A stretch of 64,000 nucleotides of DNA from a virus (lineage: Duplodnaviria > Heunggongvirae > Uroviricota > Caudoviricetes), in the IMG/VR virus record IMGVR_UViG_3300005329_000001. One strand, written 5' to 3'. Positions 63,276 to 64,000 of the stretch are shown one piece after another (the first letter of the stretch is position 1; each line of letters begins with the position of its first letter). The notes beneath the pieces were generated by a model, which was not told the DNA's origin, did not search any database, and was given only the letters and a program-made list of their open reading frames with translations. The position numbers were made by a program, and so were the translations under genes.

Positions 63276-63468
63276 TGTCCCTCCGCTTTATCAGCTCCTC
63301 AGTGAGCTCTTTGAACCGGTCCAGCAATTGCTGCTCGTGCTCGGTGAGGTTACGTATCGAGCCATAGCGCAGGATGAACGTCCATTCTTTCAAGAACTGA
63401 CGCTCGCGCCGAAGCTCGTCGAGAGTCAGTTCTGCCGTCGTCTTTTTTGCGGCCAGTAGCTTCATCAA
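63256..63468 (-). CDS. small coiled-coil protein
   Basis: 70-aa ORF. Confidence 0.4.
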   Translation of the reverse strand: MMKLLAAKKTTAELTLDELRRERQFLKEWTFILRYGSIRNLTEHEQQLLDRFKELTEELIKRRDNGAQVG

Positions 63469-63884
63469 TGAACCTCCCCGACGATGTTGAAGACGCCGCG
63501 ATGGGCGAGCTCTTCTTTCATCTCCTCGATGATACGGCGAAGCTCGGCGCGATCCTCGACCAGCTTCAATCCCATCTCCTCCTCGTTTTCCGACTCCTCG
63601 ATCCTGTTGTGCAGGTGGACGATGCAGTTCTTGAGATGGTCATCGCTCATCTCTCGGTGCGTGAGGTATCTGCCGCCACTTCTCCAGACGCGAGCGTCAC
63701 GGTCGTCGAGGCTGATGTCGATGATGTGCTTCTGCGGCTCCTTTGCGGCGATGCCGCCGATGCGGAGGTATTCACGCCCACCGTCGACCCATGACCTTCT
63801 GCAAGAGCAGTAGCGGAAATCGTATTGACCGCGCGACCAAACCACGTCGTCGCAGCTCGGGCACTTGATCCCCTTGACGATCAT
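63465..63884 (-). CDS. zinc-ribbon protein (CPSCDD...C)
   Basis: 139-aa ORF. Confidence 0.5.
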   Translation of the reverse strand: MIVKGIKCPSCDDVVWSRGQYDFRYCSCRRSWVDGGREYLRIGGIAAKEPQKHIIDISLDDRDARVWRSGGRYLTHREMSDDHLKNCIVHLHNRIEESENEEEMGLKLVEDRAELRRIIEEMKEELAHRGVFNIVGEVH

Positions 63885-64000
63885 CAGTCCACCTCCAAGA
63901 AAGAGAAACGGCTGCCTTCAGTTCTCTCTTCCATCCTGCACTTTGAGCAGATCTTCGTCGTCGGGTTGAACTCGTGCTTGCACTCAGCGTAGATCTCGTC
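63885..64000 (-). CDS. 5'-truncated CDS (window edge), Cys-containing
   Basis: open frame ...DEIYAECKHEFNPTTKICSKCRMEERTEGSRFSFLEVD* running off window end. Confidence 0.3.

Noticed and set aside
1-64000. CRISPR array, integrase, transposase or att site
   Set aside because: No regular repeat-spacer array; no tyrosine/serine recombinase or DDE motifs; the HTH protein at 32271..32624 has only the DNA-binding domain

Overview
The window is high-GC (about 62%) tailed-phage or prophage DNA with dense, mostly small genes arranged in alternating strand blocks. No rRNA, tRNA, CRISPR, integrase or transposase was found.

- **1..16551 (+): late structural operon.** It holds three Gly/Ala-rich low-complexity virion-type proteins, a scaffold-like protein, a decoration-like protein, a putative major capsid protein (2544..3662) followed by a strong intrinsic terminator, and a ribosomal bL12 (L7/L12) C-terminal-domain fusion protein. 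An Endo VII resolvase, a 1223-aa putative contractile tail sheath with internal repeat domains, a tube-like protein and two small membrane/coiled-coil proteins complete the block.
- **16552..39500 (-): about 50 small early/accessory genes.** Recognisable products are a CheY-like receiver, a wHTH protein, a MoxR/CobS-like AAA+ ATPase with a CobT-like VWA protein, a collagen-like lipoprotein, dCMP deaminase, an HExxH lipoprotein and a SLOG-like protein. Four paralogous single-TM peptides and many Cys-rich zinc-ribbon proteins are also present.
- **39501..39869:** a palindrome-rich divergent control region.
- **39870..50224 (+):** small early genes interrupted by two paralogous leftward genes.
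- **50260..55358 (-):** includes a J-domain protein.
- **55445..58618 (+):** includes a UDG-like protein and a HAD phosphatase.
- **60185..64000 (-):** includes a NUDIX hydrolase.

Two genome-wide regulatory signatures stand out. A GGAGATAAGAG motif sits just upstream of the Shine-Dalgarno sequence of more than 20 genes. Bidirectional hairpin terminators carry a conserved AAGAGG/CCTCTT stem and a TTTTCTTAGCT tail.
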